A stretch of 64,000 nucleotides of DNA from an uncultured Rhodospirillaceae bacterium (lineage in GTDB: Bacteria; Pseudomonadota; Alphaproteobacteria; Rhodospirillales; UBA2165): contig CAJWAR010000009.1 of the NCBI GenBank assembly GCA_913020445.1, positions 23,605 to 87,604 on the forward strand, in the 5' to 3' direction. Every line of letters starts with the position of its first letter. Position 1 is the stretch's first letter. Made by a program: the position numbers and the translations under genes. Shown piece after piece: positions 9,909 to 19,840 of this stretch. The notes under the pieces are model-generated. The model made no database searches, was not told the origin of the DNA, and worked only from the letters and a program-made list of their open reading frames with translations.

Positions 9909-10769
9909 ATGTCCCCAAAAGAAACACAACTCGGAGAATTCCCGGATATTATCTCGATTGTGCGAAAATCGGGATCGTCGTTCTATTGGGCGATGCGCCT
10001 GCTGCCGCACCAGAAGCGCGACGCCATGTTTGCGATTTACGCGTTTTGCCGGAACGTCGATGACATTGCCGATGGAGAAGATGACCCGGCCAGCAAGCAC
10101 GCGAAACTTCAGCAATGGCGCGACGAGATCGATCATCTCTATGACGGCAACCCCAACAATCTCATTACCAACGCTTTGGCTGGGCCGGTAGAAACCTATG
10201 GGCTGGCCAAGGCGGACTTCGCAGCCGTAATTGATGGCATGGAGATGGATGCAGTCGACGCCTTACGCCTTCAGGATATGGCTGAGCTGGTCCTATATTG
10301 TGACCGTGTCGCCTGTGCCGTTGGCCGGCTTTCTAATGCTGTCTTTGGCCTCAGCGGAGTTCAAAGCAACGATCTGGCCAAATCGCTTGGCGAAGCGCTT
10401 CAACTGACGAATATTCTGCGCGACATTTATGAAGATGCTGAACGGGATCACATATATTTACCGGCCGACCTCCTCGCCCGTCACGGCATTGTTGGCGCAT
10501 CCGTCAATGATATAATTGAACATCCAGGGATTGTCGAAGTCTGCATCGAACTGGATAGACGGGCAGAAGATAACTATCGAAAAGCTTCTTCGATAATTGA
10601 GCAATGTGATAAAAATCTTATTCGTCCTGCCATCATCATGATGAAAAGTTATCATCAGCTTTTGCACTTGTTAGAATGTCGTGGCTGGGAACGCCTTGAT
10701 GTTCCCGTAAAAGTATCAAAAATATGGAAATTGTTGTTGACTGCGCGTATTCTAATTTTCGGTAACTGA
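9909..10769 (+). CDS. hpnD: Presqualene diphosphate synthase HpnD
   Basis: SGSSFYWAMRLLP, YAFCRNVDDIAD, YCDRVA, ALQLTNILRD. Confidence 0.92.
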   Translation: MSPKETQLGEFPDIISIVRKSGSSFYWAMRLLPHQKRDAMFAIYAFCRNVDDIADGEDDPASKHAKLQQWRDEIDHLYDGNPNNLITNALAGPVETYGLAKADFAAVIDGMEMDAVDALRLQDMAELVLYCDRVACAVGRLSNAVFGLSGVQSNDLAKSLGEALQLTNILRDIYEDAERDHIYLPADLLARHGIVGASVNDIIEHPGIVEVCIELDRRAEDNYRKASSIIEQCDKNLIRPAIIMMKSYHQLLHLLECRGWERLDVPVKVSKIWKLLLTARILIFGN

Positions 10770-10771
10770 AA

Positions 10772-12742
10772 ATGCAGAAGCGCACCGAAAATTTAAGAGC
10801 CGGAGAAATTGCAGGCCAAAAGATATCTTTGGATGAGGTGGTCCAAAGAGCGCAATCCCGTCTGCTCAGCAGTCAGGCAGAAGACGGCCATTGGGCCTTT
10901 CCCTTGGAAGCTGACGTCACCATTACCGCAGAATACATTTTGCTCAATCATTACCTTGGTGAGATCAATGATGAAGTGGAAGCCAAACTCGCCAATTACA
11001 TTCGCCGCATTCAAGGCGAACATGGCGGCTGGCCGCTTTATCATGGCGGTGATCTAAATGTCAGCGCTTCAGTAAAAGCCTATTTCGCCTTAAAACTTTC
11101 CGGCGATGATCCGGAAGCGCCGCATATGATTAAGGCCAGGGATGCGATTTTAGCCCATGGCGGCGCCAAAGAAACAAATGTGTTCACACGAATTACCTTG
11201 GCGTTATTTGGCCTGGTTCCCTGGCGAGCAACGCCGGTTACGCGCATTGAGGTCTTATATGCGCCAAAGTGGTTTCCGCTCCATATCAATAAAGTTTCCT
11301 ATTGGACACGTACCGTTACGGTTCCGCTGTTGATATTAACGGCGCTGCGCCCCAAAGCCAAAAACCCGCGCAATATTATGATTGATGAGCTTTTTACTAA
11401 ATCGCGCTTCGAAGAAGATTATCGGATCAAGAATCCCACCGGGCATTGGCTCGGCAAATTGATGATCGTCCTTGATCTATTAGCGCGGCCATTTGAAAGT
11501 TTGATTCCAAGTTATATTGTCAATCGTAGCATCGACAAAGCAATGAATTTCATCACCGAACGATTAAACGGAGATGACGGGCTCGGCGGTATTTTTCCGG
11601 CCATGGCCAATGCTCTAATAGCCTTTGATGCCTTGGGCATTCCTAAAGATAATCCCCGCGTGGTAACCGCCCGCCGAGCCATTGAGAAATTACTGATATT
11701 TCAGGATGACGAAGCCTATTGCCAACCCTGCCTTTCACCAGTTTGGGACACCGGCCTCGCCGCCCATGCGATGCTGGAAGCAAGTCGGGCTGCGGGCCCG
11801 CACGCCATCGAAGATGATACCATCGCCAAATCCTGCAATTGGCTCGAAGCGCTTCAAATTAAGGATTGTATTGGTGACTGGGCGATGTGGCGGCCGGATG
11901 TCCGGCCCGGTGGTTGGGCCTTTCAATACCGCAACGACTATTACCCTGACGTTGATGATACGGCGGTTGTCGCCATGGCGCTGCACCGAACCGGTAATAA
12001 GAACTATGAACCCGCCATTCAACGCGCCGCCGAATGGGTTGTCGGTATGCAATCGAAAAGTGGCGGCTGGGCGGCTTTTGATGTGGATAATGAATATTAC
12101 CTGCTGGAAAATATGCCCTTTGCTGACCATGGTGCATTGCTCGACCCACCGAGCGCCGATGTTTCAGCCCGCTGCATTAGTTTTTTAGCGCAAATTGGCT
12201 ATGACAGCGCACACCCGGCGATACAGCGCGGGTTAACCTATCTAAAGCAAGAGCAGGAAGATGATGGATCGTGGTTTGGCCGTTGGGGCACCAACTACAT
12301 TTATGGTACCTGGTCGGTATTGTCGGCGCTGAATGCAGCCGGTGAAGATTTAGATGCCGATTATATCAGGCAGGCCGTTGACTGGCTTGTATCATTCCAA
12401 CACCAAGATGGTGGCTGGGGTGAAGATTGCGCCAGCTATTGGCCAGATCGCAATCAACATGATTTTCAATTTTCTCTACCTTCGCAAACAGCTTGGGCGG
12501 TTCTAGGACTCATGGCGGCGGGTGAAGGCAAAAGTGAGGCGGTAAAAAGAGGCATCCAATTTCTCCTTGAGACTTGCCAAGTCGATGGCGATTGGCAAGA
12601 AGAGCATTTCAATGCTGTTGGTTTTCCGCGGGTGTTTTTTTTGCGCTACCATGGCTACCGCCATTATTTTCCACTCCTCGCCTTAGCGCGTTACCGCAAT
12701 CTGGAAAGCACCCACACCGATCACCCGGTTTATGGCCTTTGA
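10772..12742 (+). CDS. shc: Squalene-hopene cyclase
   Basis: YPDVDDTA catalytic motif, QW repeats (QAEDGHW, QEDDGSW, QHQDGGW), SPVWDT, GRWGTNYIYGT. Confidence 0.98.
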   Translation: MQKRTENLRAGEIAGQKISLDEVVQRAQSRLLSSQAEDGHWAFPLEADVTITAEYILLNHYLGEINDEVEAKLANYIRRIQGEHGGWPLYHGGDLNVSASVKAYFALKLSGDDPEAPHMIKARDAILAHGGAKETNVFTRITLALFGLVPWRATPVTRIEVLYAPKWFPLHINKVSYWTRTVTVPLLILTALRPKAKNPRNIMIDELFTKSRFEEDYRIKNPTGHWLGKLMIVLDLLARPFESLIPSYIVNRSIDKAMNFITERLNGDDGLGGIFPAMANALIAFDALGIPKDNPRVVTARRAIEKLLIFQDDEAYCQPCLSPVWDTGLAAHAMLEASRAAGPHAIEDDTIAKSCNWLEALQIKDCIGDWAMWRPDVRPGGWAFQYRNDYYPDVDDTAVVAMALHRTGNKNYEPAIQRAAEWVVGMQSKSGGWAAFDVDNEYYLLENMPFADHGALLDPPSADVSARCISFLAQIGYDSAHPAIQRGLTYLKQEQEDDGSWFGRWGTNYIYGTWSVLSALNAAGEDLDADYIRQAVDWLVSFQHQDGGWGEDCASYWPDRNQHDFQFSLPSQTAWAVLGLMAAGEGKSEAVKRGIQFLLETCQVDGDWQEEHFNAVGFPRVFFLRYHGYRHYFPLLALARYRNLESTHTDHPVYGL

Positions 12743-13422
12743 GTGATACTGAAGCCGTGAAACGTATCGGATTTATTACCGGCATTCAGAAGGAAGCGGC
12801 GATCCTCCGAAAAAATTCTGGAATTCAAAAATCTGATGTTAAATGTGCTGGCGCGAATTCCGACCGCGCAAATGAATTGGCGAGTGATTTGGCCCAAGAC
12901 GGTTGTGATGCCTTGATCAGTTTTGGCGTAGCCGGCGCGCTTGATCCCACTCTACGTCCAGGAGACCTGATTATCCCCGATCAAGTAATCAGCACCAACG
13001 GCGACTCTTTTGAAACTTCAAAAGATCAACTGATTTCTCATCTCGGCAGTCGCTTCATATTTAAGCGCGGCTCGCTATTGGGCTCTGATAATTTGATCGC
13101 CAGCGTGACCGAAAAACAGGCGTTGCATAAATCAACGGGCTCGATCGCCGTCGACATGGAATCCATAGGCGTCGCCCAAGCAGCACGTGGTCACGGACTT
13201 CCCTTTCTTGTCATCCGCGCTATTTCTGACGCAGCCGATCAGGACTTACCTGCTGCCTCATACCAGGCAGTTGACGATCAAGGAAATATACGGATTGGTT
13301 CGATATTGTTGGAGCTGGTTAAAAACCCTAGCGGACTACCAGACCTTATAAAAATGTCGGGTGACAGCGGTAAAGCCTTCGATACCTTACGCCGCGTCGC
13401 TGCGCTCGTTATTGACTACTAA
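12739..13422 (+). CDS. hpnG: Hopanoid-associated nucleosidase/phosphorylase HpnG
   Basis: ISFGVAGALDP, AVDMES, VIRAISD (PNP_UDP family); TTG start overlaps the shc stop. Confidence 0.85.
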   Translation: MSDTEAVKRIGFITGIQKEAAILRKNSGIQKSDVKCAGANSDRANELASDLAQDGCDALISFGVAGALDPTLRPGDLIIPDQVISTNGDSFETSKDQLISHLGSRFIFKRGSLLGSDNLIASVTEKQALHKSTGSIAVDMESIGVAQAARGHGLPFLVIRAISDAADQDLPAASYQAVDDQGNIRIGSILLELVKNPSGLPDLIKMSGDSGKAFDTLRRVAALVIDY

Positions 13423-14466
13423 ACGCGGGCCAATATCCGGTACCATTGCGCTATCTGTATTCACGCCATTCAGCGCCACTTTCAGAGCTTTCAGCGGATG
13501 TGCAACGGTATCCAGCACAGCTGTCGGTTCATACCCGCAATGGACCATGCAATCAGCACATTTTTCATAATTACCCGTGCCGTAATTTGCCCATTCGGTT
13601 TCTTCCATCAATTCTGTAAATGTATTGGCATAACCTTCACTCAACAGATAGCACGGCCGCTGCCAGCCAAAAATATTGCGGGTGGGATTTCCCCAAGGCG
13701 TACACTGGTACGTTTGATTACCAGCCAGAAAATCCAAAAAAAGCGAAGATTGACTGAATTGCCAATTGCGCCCCTTGCCTTTCTTAAACACGTCACGAAA
13801 CAACTGCTTGGTTTTTCCCCGGTTGAGAAAGTGCTCTTGATCAGGTGCGCGCTCATAGGCATAGCCAGGGGAGATAGTGATCCCTTCAACGCCTAAATCA
13901 AGACAGGCGAAGTCAAAGAAGGCGGCAATCTCGTCAGCGTTCATTTGATCAAATAAAGTGCAATTGATATTGATGCGAAAGCCCTTTGATTTGGCCTTAC
14001 GGATTGCCGAGACAGCACGTTCAAACACACCTTCTTGATCAACGGCATGGTCATGATGGGTCTCCAATCCATCCAAATGCACAGAAAGTGTCAAATAGGG
14101 CGTTGGCTGATATTGATCTAATTTTTTCTCCAACAACAACGCATTGGTACAGAGATAGACAAATTTTTTGCGCTCGATTAGGGCCGCAACAATTTCCGGC
14201 ATATCATGGTGAAGTAGAGGCTCACCGCCCGGAATGGACACAATCGGCGCACCGCATTCCTCGGCAGCTGCAATACATTCCTCAACGCTCAAGCGCCGAT
14301 CTAGAACATCGTCTTCATAGTCAATTTTACCACAGCCCGGACAGGCCAGATTACATCGAAATAGAGGCTCCAGCATCAAAACCAACGGATAACGCTGGAT
14401 TCCTTTCAAACGATGTTTGAAAATATACCCACCAACACGCAATTGCTGAATAAGTGGAACCGCCAT
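13387..14466 (-). CDS. hpnH: Radical SAM adenosylhopane synthase HpnH
   Basis: LEPLFRCNLACPGCGKI, GGEPLLH, CTPWGNPT, CADCMVHCGYE. Confidence 0.95.
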   Translation of the reverse strand: MAVPLIQQLRVGGYIFKHRLKGIQRYPLVLMLEPLFRCNLACPGCGKIDYEDDVLDRRLSVEECIAAAEECGAPIVSIPGGEPLLHHDMPEIVAALIERKKFVYLCTNALLLEKKLDQYQPTPYLTLSVHLDGLETHHDHAVDQEGVFERAVSAIRKAKSKGFRININCTLFDQMNADEIAAFFDFACLDLGVEGITISPGYAYERAPDQEHFLNRGKTKQLFRDVFKKGKGRNWQFSQSSLFLDFLAGNQTYQCTPWGNPTRNIFGWQRPCYLLSEGYANTFTELMEETEWANYGTGNYEKCADCMVHCGYEPTAVLDTVAHPLKALKVALNGVNTDSAMVPDIGPRLVVNNERSDAA

Positions 14467-14469
14467 TGG

Positions 14470-15462
14470 CTATGCCTTAATTGTTGATCCATCAGAAGTG
14501 TTGCTCGCATCCGTCAATTCCGGCGGCAATTTAAACTGAATATTCTCTTCGACACCGGCGACCAATTCGAGATCGATTTCACCGCATTCCTTTAGCCGCT
14601 CCAGCAATTCTTCTACCAATTCCTCCGGTGCGGATGCCCCGGCCGTAATACCAATCGTCGTCACTCCCTCAAGCCAGTCAGTATCAAACCCCGCGGCATC
14701 GGCAATTAAATAGCTGGGAATATTGTGCTCGGTGCCAATTTCCCGCAAGCGGTTGGAATTTGAGCTGTTCTGAGCGCCAACTACCAAAAGCAATTCGATA
14801 TCATCGGTGACATGGCGAACGGCCTGCTGCCGGTTCTGAGTGGCAAAACAAATATCACGGACGTCTGGGCCGATAATTTTTGGAAACTTCTGTTTTAAAG
14901 CTTCAATAATATCGCGCGTATCATCAACGCTGAGTGTCGTTTGGGTGACATAGGCGACTTCATTTTCATCAGCCACTTTTAATGTCTCTACATCCGCCAA
15001 ATTCGTCACCAGATGTACCGCACCAGGAATTCGCCCCATGGTGCCTTCAACTTCCGGATGGCCAGCGTGACCGATCAACACGACATCACGTGCATTAGCG
15101 GAATGATTTTGACCTTCCTTGTGAACTTTGGAAACCAGCGGACACGTCGCATCAATGATTGGCAAATTCCGCAGCCGGGCTTCATTTTCGACCGCCTCGG
15201 ATATACCGTGGGCGCTAAATATCGTCACGCTGTCATCGGGAATTTCGTCAACTTCTTCAACAAAGATCGCGCCTTTTTGGCGCAAAGTATCAACGACGCG
15301 TTTATTGTGGACGATTTCATGACGCACATAGACCGGCGCGCCATATATTTCGAGCGCCTGCTCGACGATTTCGATGGCGCGTTCGACGCCAGCGCAAAAT
15401 CCGCGCGGCTGCGCCAGCAGGACTTTGTATTTTGATTTCGATCCGCTCACTGAACCACTCAC
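14470..15462 (-). CDS. ispH: HMBPP reductase (MEP pathway)
   Basis: [47 protein letters not shown]. Confidence 0.96.
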   Translation of the reverse strand: MSGSVSGSKSKYKVLLAQPRGFCAGVERAIEIVEQALEIYGAPVYVRHEIVHNKRVVDTLRQKGAIFVEEVDEIPDDSVTIFSAHGISEAVENEARLRNLPIIDATCPLVSKVHKEGQNHSANARDVVLIGHAGHPEVEGTMGRIPGAVHLVTNLADVETLKVADENEVAYVTQTTLSVDDTRDIIEALKQKFPKIIGPDVRDICFATQNRQQAVRHVTDDIELLLVVGAQNSSNSNRLREIGTEHNIPSYLIADAAGFDTDWLEGVTTIGITAGASAPEELVEELLERLKECGEIDLELVAGVEENIQFKLPPELTDASNTSDGSTIKA

Positions 15463-15562
15463 TACTAGAACTGTTCCAAGGATCAGAAAATGATCTTCAC
15501 ACCTCCTCCTGTCAAATCAATTAAAATGCCGTATAACAAATTACGTAAAAATAGAGGTTATA

Positions 15563-16555
15563 TTGAAAGTACTTCTGACAGGCGCCACTGGTTTTGTCGG
15601 CTCGGCGGTATTACGCCAATTAATTGATCGCGGTGATGACGTACGCGTGCTCGCTCGCAAAACCAGTGATCGCCGTAATTTGATAGGCCTGAATTGTGAA
15701 ATTGTGACCGGCGATCTTCTTGACCAACCGTCACTCACCGAGGCGTTACAAGGTTGCCAAGCTTTGTTTCATGTTGCCGCCGATTATCGAATATGGGTCC
15801 GCCATCCTGCGGAAATGACAAAGACCAATATCACCGGCACCATAAATATAATGGCGGCAGCGTTGTCAGCCGGCATAGAAAAAGTAATTTACACCAGCAG
15901 CGTGGCAGCTCTCGGGATCAATGCAGACGAAACGCCGGCTGATGAGTCGACGCCGTCTTCGTATGATTCGATGATCGGCGCTTATAAGCGATCTAAATTT
16001 CTGGCTGAACAGGAAGTACATAGACTTATCAACGAACAAGCCTTGCCCGCTATTATCGTCAATCCGTCTGCGCCTCTAGGTCCGCGTGACATTAAGCCAA
16101 CGCCAACGGGGCGCCTCATTGTCCAAGCCGCCAAAGGTGAGATGCCAGCCTATGTTGATACAGGTCTCAATTTTGTCCATGTTGACGATGTCGCCCGAGG
16201 TCATATTCTCGCGTTTGAAAAAGGTCTTGTTGGCGAGCGTTATATATTGGGCGGTGAAAACTTGAGCCTAAAATCTTTATTGGAATGTGTTGCAGAAATC
16301 ACCGGCAAACCTGCACCAAAAATCTGCATCCCGCACAACCTAGTCCTTCCAATCGCTCGTCTTGCGGAGGCCTGGACTATACTAACCAATGGATCAGAGC
16401 CTTTTGCGACCGTTGACGGCGTTAACATGGCGAAAAAGAAAATGTATTTTACCTCGGCTAAAGCTGAACGTGAACTTGGCTACACTCACCGCCCGGTAAC
16501 GGACGCCCTAGGTGATGCCATAAAATGGTTTGGCGATAACGGATATTTGGATTAA
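15563..16555 (+). CDS. hpnA: Hopanoid-associated NAD-dependent epimerase/dehydratase HpnA
   Basis: GATGFVG, FHVAADYR, YKRSK, GPRDIKPTPTG; TTG start with GAGG RBS. Confidence 0.9.
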   Translation: MKVLLTGATGFVGSAVLRQLIDRGDDVRVLARKTSDRRNLIGLNCEIVTGDLLDQPSLTEALQGCQALFHVAADYRIWVRHPAEMTKTNITGTINIMAAALSAGIEKVIYTSSVAALGINADETPADESTPSSYDSMIGAYKRSKFLAEQEVHRLINEQALPAIIVNPSAPLGPRDIKPTPTGRLIVQAAKGEMPAYVDTGLNFVHVDDVARGHILAFEKGLVGERYILGGENLSLKSLLECVAEITGKPAPKICIPHNLVLPIARLAEAWTILTNGSEPFATVDGVNMAKKKMYFTSAKAERELGYTHRPVTDALGDAIKWFGDNGYLD

Positions 16556-16567
16556 CAACAGAGCATT

Positions 16568-17320
16568 ATGCAAACCATCATGTTAGCCGCCGGAGTTGGC
16601 GCGCGTCTCTCCAATAGCGATGAAACTTATCTGCCAAAATGCCTGCTGCCATTTGACGGACAGAGCCTGCTGGCCCGCCACATCGATATTTTAAGAGCCA
16701 ACGGCATTACCAAACTCACGCTCGTCACCGGCTACCGGGAAGCGGAAGTTAAAGCCGAGCTTATTTCGCTTGGCGCCGGTGATTATGTTGAGACCGTCAC
16801 AAATCCTCAGTTTCGCGACGGCAGTATTGTGTCTCTAGGTTCGGCCAGCCAAACCATGCGTTCTGGAGACGACATTTTATTCATGGATGCGGATGTGCTT
16901 TGTCATCCCGATTTAATTCAAAAACTGATTACATCCGTTGCTGATAATGCCATTAATTATGATACGGATTTTGAACCAGGCGATGATCCCGTTAAACTGT
17001 GCCTCAAAGATGGCAGGATCGTCGACTTCAGTAAAAAAATTGACGCCGAGTTTGATACTATTGGCGAGTGGCCTGGCTTTGTTAAATGGTCACCCGCGGC
17101 CGCCCGACACATTGCCGATTTCATTGATCACAAAATAAACCAAGGCTCCATTGATCTGATTTACGAAGAAGCGTTTCGCGATTATATGCTGAGCCCAAAG
17201 GTCGCTCAAATAGACTGCCTGGATATTACCGGTCTGCCGTGGATTGAAATTGATTTCCCTGAGGATTTGGAACGCGCACACGACGAAATCCTGCCTGCGC
17301 TCAAGTCCTATACCCGATAG
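16568..17320 (+). CDS. Phosphocholine/phosphonate cytidylyltransferase-family NTP transferase
   Basis: MLAAGVGARL..LPKCLL, FMDADV, GEWPGF, WIEIDFPED (LicC/PntC-like); 12 bp after hpnA. Confidence 0.85.
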   Translation: MQTIMLAAGVGARLSNSDETYLPKCLLPFDGQSLLARHIDILRANGITKLTLVTGYREAEVKAELISLGAGDYVETVTNPQFRDGSIVSLGSASQTMRSGDDILFMDADVLCHPDLIQKLITSVADNAINYDTDFEPGDDPVKLCLKDGRIVDFSKKIDAEFDTIGEWPGFVKWSPAAARHIADFIDHKINQGSIDLIYEEAFRDYMLSPKVAQIDCLDITGLPWIEIDFPEDLERAHDEILPALKSYTR

Positions 17321-18072
17321 AAATATTCTTTATCCGCTTCACGCTCGATATCCGGAGGGTAACTTTTGCGCTTATCGGCGTAATAGGCAGCTAGATGATC
17401 GCCATCGGAGAGCCGATTATAGGTCGAGAAATAAAGCCGGCGCGCCGTATCGGACATATTCCTGGCCGAGCGATGCGGCGCATAGGAATCAAAATAAATC
17501 ACATCACCGGGCTGAACCGGATGGGGCATAAAATTCATTTTTGCTGTTTCGAGATCCGTTAGCGGCTCCCACACGCGGCCAATGAGCTCGGAATTAACGC
17601 GTGGCGCCACTTCCAAACAGCCGTTTTCCAACGTCGCTTCATCGATACAAACCATAACGTTAATAAAGTAATCCGCATAATCTTCCCAGCCGGCTTGCGA
17701 ATCCTGATGCGCCTCGAAGCCTTCGCCGCCTGACATTTTGAAATTAATTTTATCTTTGAAAAGAACCGCTTCTTCACCGAGCAATTGACCAACTGAGGGA
17801 ATCAAACACGCCGCCAGTTCAGCGAGTCCGTCGTGATATGGTGTCATATTTTCAATGCGGTTGATCAGTTCCTCCGTATCATCCAGCAGACTTTTCTCAT
17901 GATAAACCCAATGCTTGCCTGCTTCTACTGGACGCTCGGCAATCTCGGTTGCCCAGCCGCGAATACTTTCCGCTTCATCAGAACTGAAAGCCCCCACTAA
18001 AGGCAGGAATCCCTGTTCTTGGAAATGCGTTATTTGATCCGCGGATAATTTTAGCTGACTTAACATAAGCAT
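17308..18072 (-). CDS. PhyH-family Fe(II)/2-oxoglutarate dioxygenase, PhnY-like
   Basis: LFKDKINFK..GG.GF.AHQD, ATLENGCLE, PHRSARN..RR..FSTYN. Confidence 0.8.
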   Translation of the reverse strand: MLMLSQLKLSADQITHFQEQGFLPLVGAFSSDEAESIRGWATEIAERPVEAGKHWVYHEKSLLDDTEELINRIENMTPYHDGLAELAACLIPSVGQLLGEEAVLFKDKINFKMSGGEGFEAHQDSQAGWEDYADYFINVMVCIDEATLENGCLEVAPRVNSELIGRVWEPLTDLETAKMNFMPHPVQPGDVIYFDSYAPHRSARNMSDTARRLYFSTYNRLSDGDHLAAYYADKRKSYPPDIEREADKEYFYRV

Positions 18073-18171
18073 TAAGATAGGCGATCCCAGGTAGTTTGAA
18101 AATTGCCAATTGTGCCAATATCTTGAAACAGCTATGACATAACCATAATTTTGGTTACGTGACGGAAAAAT

Positions 18172-19833
18172 ATGAGCTCCTTACCGCCATCAGAACCCCT
18201 ATCTAAAGCGCCTGCTTTGACGAAATCGGCAAAGCTCACGGCACTACTACGCTCATCCGACACCGAATTTCTGATGGAAGCCCATGACGGTATATCGGCA
18301 AAAATTGTCGAAGAAGCCGGCTTTAAGGGCATTTGGGCGTCAGGTCTCGCTATGTCGGCAGCGCTGGGTGTGCGCGACAGCAACGAAGCTTCCTGGACAC
18401 AAGTTCTGGAAATGCTTGAGTTCATGTCGGATGCCACCCGCATCCCGATCCTCGTTGATGGCGATACTGGTTACGGTAATTTTAATAACCTCCGCCGCGC
18501 CGTGCGCAAATTAGGTCAGCGCGGCATTGCCGGCATCTGTATCGAGGACAAACTTTTCCCCAAAACCAACTCCTTTATTGGTGAAGGCCAACCTCTGGCC
18601 GGCATCGACGAATTTTGCGGCAAGATTAAGGCCGGTAAAGACAGCCAGCTGGATGATGATTTCTGCGTTATCGCGCGCATTGAGGCTTTAATATCAGGCT
18701 GGGGCATGGAAGAAGCGCTTAAACGGGCAACTGCCTATCATGACGCTGGCGCGGATGGTATTTTGATCCACTCAAAACAACACGACGGCGCGGAAATTCT
18801 CGAATTCCTAAAAGAATGGGCCAATCGCAGCCCGGTCGTAATCGTGCCGACGACCTATTACCAAACACCGACCGAGGACTTTACCGAGGCCGGCGCTTCA
18901 ATTGTCATCTGGGCCAACCATAATATTCGAGCTGCCACTTCCGCTATGCGCGAAATCTCCCGCCGCATTCAGCGCGACCAATCTTTAAACGGCATCGAAG
19001 GTAGCATCGCGAGCGTTAAAGATATTTTTGAGCTCGCTGAAAATGACGAACTGGCCGAAGCCGAAAAGCTATATTTGCCAGCCGGTCACGGTGAAACTAA
19101 AGCGATTATCTTGGCTGCGTCCCGAGGTAGCGAATTGGGCGAGCTGACCAACGACAAACCAAAATGCATGATCGATGTACGCGGCCAACCCCTGCTACGC
19201 CGCCTCGCCTCCACTTTCAACCAAGCGCAGGTACGAAATATTTCCGTCGTTCGCGGCTATAAAAAATCAGCCGTAAATCTGCCCGGTATCGATTTTCGCG
19301 ATAATGACGAGTTTGAAACCACAGGCGAGGTAATATCGCTGGCTCACGCGCAGGACCAACTCACCGGAGATTGTATTTTTTCCTACGGTGATATTTTGTT
19401 CCGCCATTATGTATTGGACCAGTTGTTAGAAACCAAGGGCGACATTGTCCTGGTTGCCGACGCATTGTGGCCTGAGCGTGATCCCAATCCGCAATCCCGG
19501 GTTCGAGATTTGGTCAAATGCGCCGAGCCCTTCACGACCAAGTATCTTGATGACGATGAGGTTGCGCTGACTGCTATCGGCCATGATTTCGCCGCGGAAG
19601 ACATTCAAGGCGAGTGGATTGGCTTAGCAAAATTCACCGAACAGGGATCAGAACGTGTCCGGGCTGAAATTGAGGCGATGAAAAGAGATGGCCTTGCCGA
19701 ACAGGCTTCCATGATCGATCTGTTTATGCGGCTGTTAAACGCTGGTGAAGATATCCGTGTCATTTATATCCCTGGTCATTGGCTCGATATCGATAATGCC
19801 GATGATCTCGCCGACGCCCATAAATTCCTGTGA
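18172..19833 (+). CDS. pepM: Phosphoenolpyruvate mutase fused to a C-terminal nucleotidyl(cytidylyl)transferase
   Basis: PepM signature [22 protein letters not shown]; C-terminal ILAASRG..KPKCM..SYGDILF..GEWIG..WLDID. Confidence 0.96.
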   Translation: MSSLPPSEPLSKAPALTKSAKLTALLRSSDTEFLMEAHDGISAKIVEEAGFKGIWASGLAMSAALGVRDSNEASWTQVLEMLEFMSDATRIPILVDGDTGYGNFNNLRRAVRKLGQRGIAGICIEDKLFPKTNSFIGEGQPLAGIDEFCGKIKAGKDSQLDDDFCVIARIEALISGWGMEEALKRATAYHDAGADGILIHSKQHDGAEILEFLKEWANRSPVVIVPTTYYQTPTEDFTEAGASIVIWANHNIRAATSAMREISRRIQRDQSLNGIEGSIASVKDIFELAENDELAEAEKLYLPAGHGETKAIILAASRGSELGELTNDKPKCMIDVRGQPLLRRLASTFNQAQVRNISVVRGYKKSAVNLPGIDFRDNDEFETTGEVISLAHAQDQLTGDCIFSYGDILFRHYVLDQLLETKGDIVLVADALWPERDPNPQSRVRDLVKCAEPFTTKYLDDDEVALTAIGHDFAAEDIQGEWIGLAKFTEQGSERVRAEIEAMKRDGLAEQASMIDLFMRLLNAGEDIRVIYIPGHWLDIDNADDLADAHKFL

Positions 19834-19840
19834 GCCTAAT

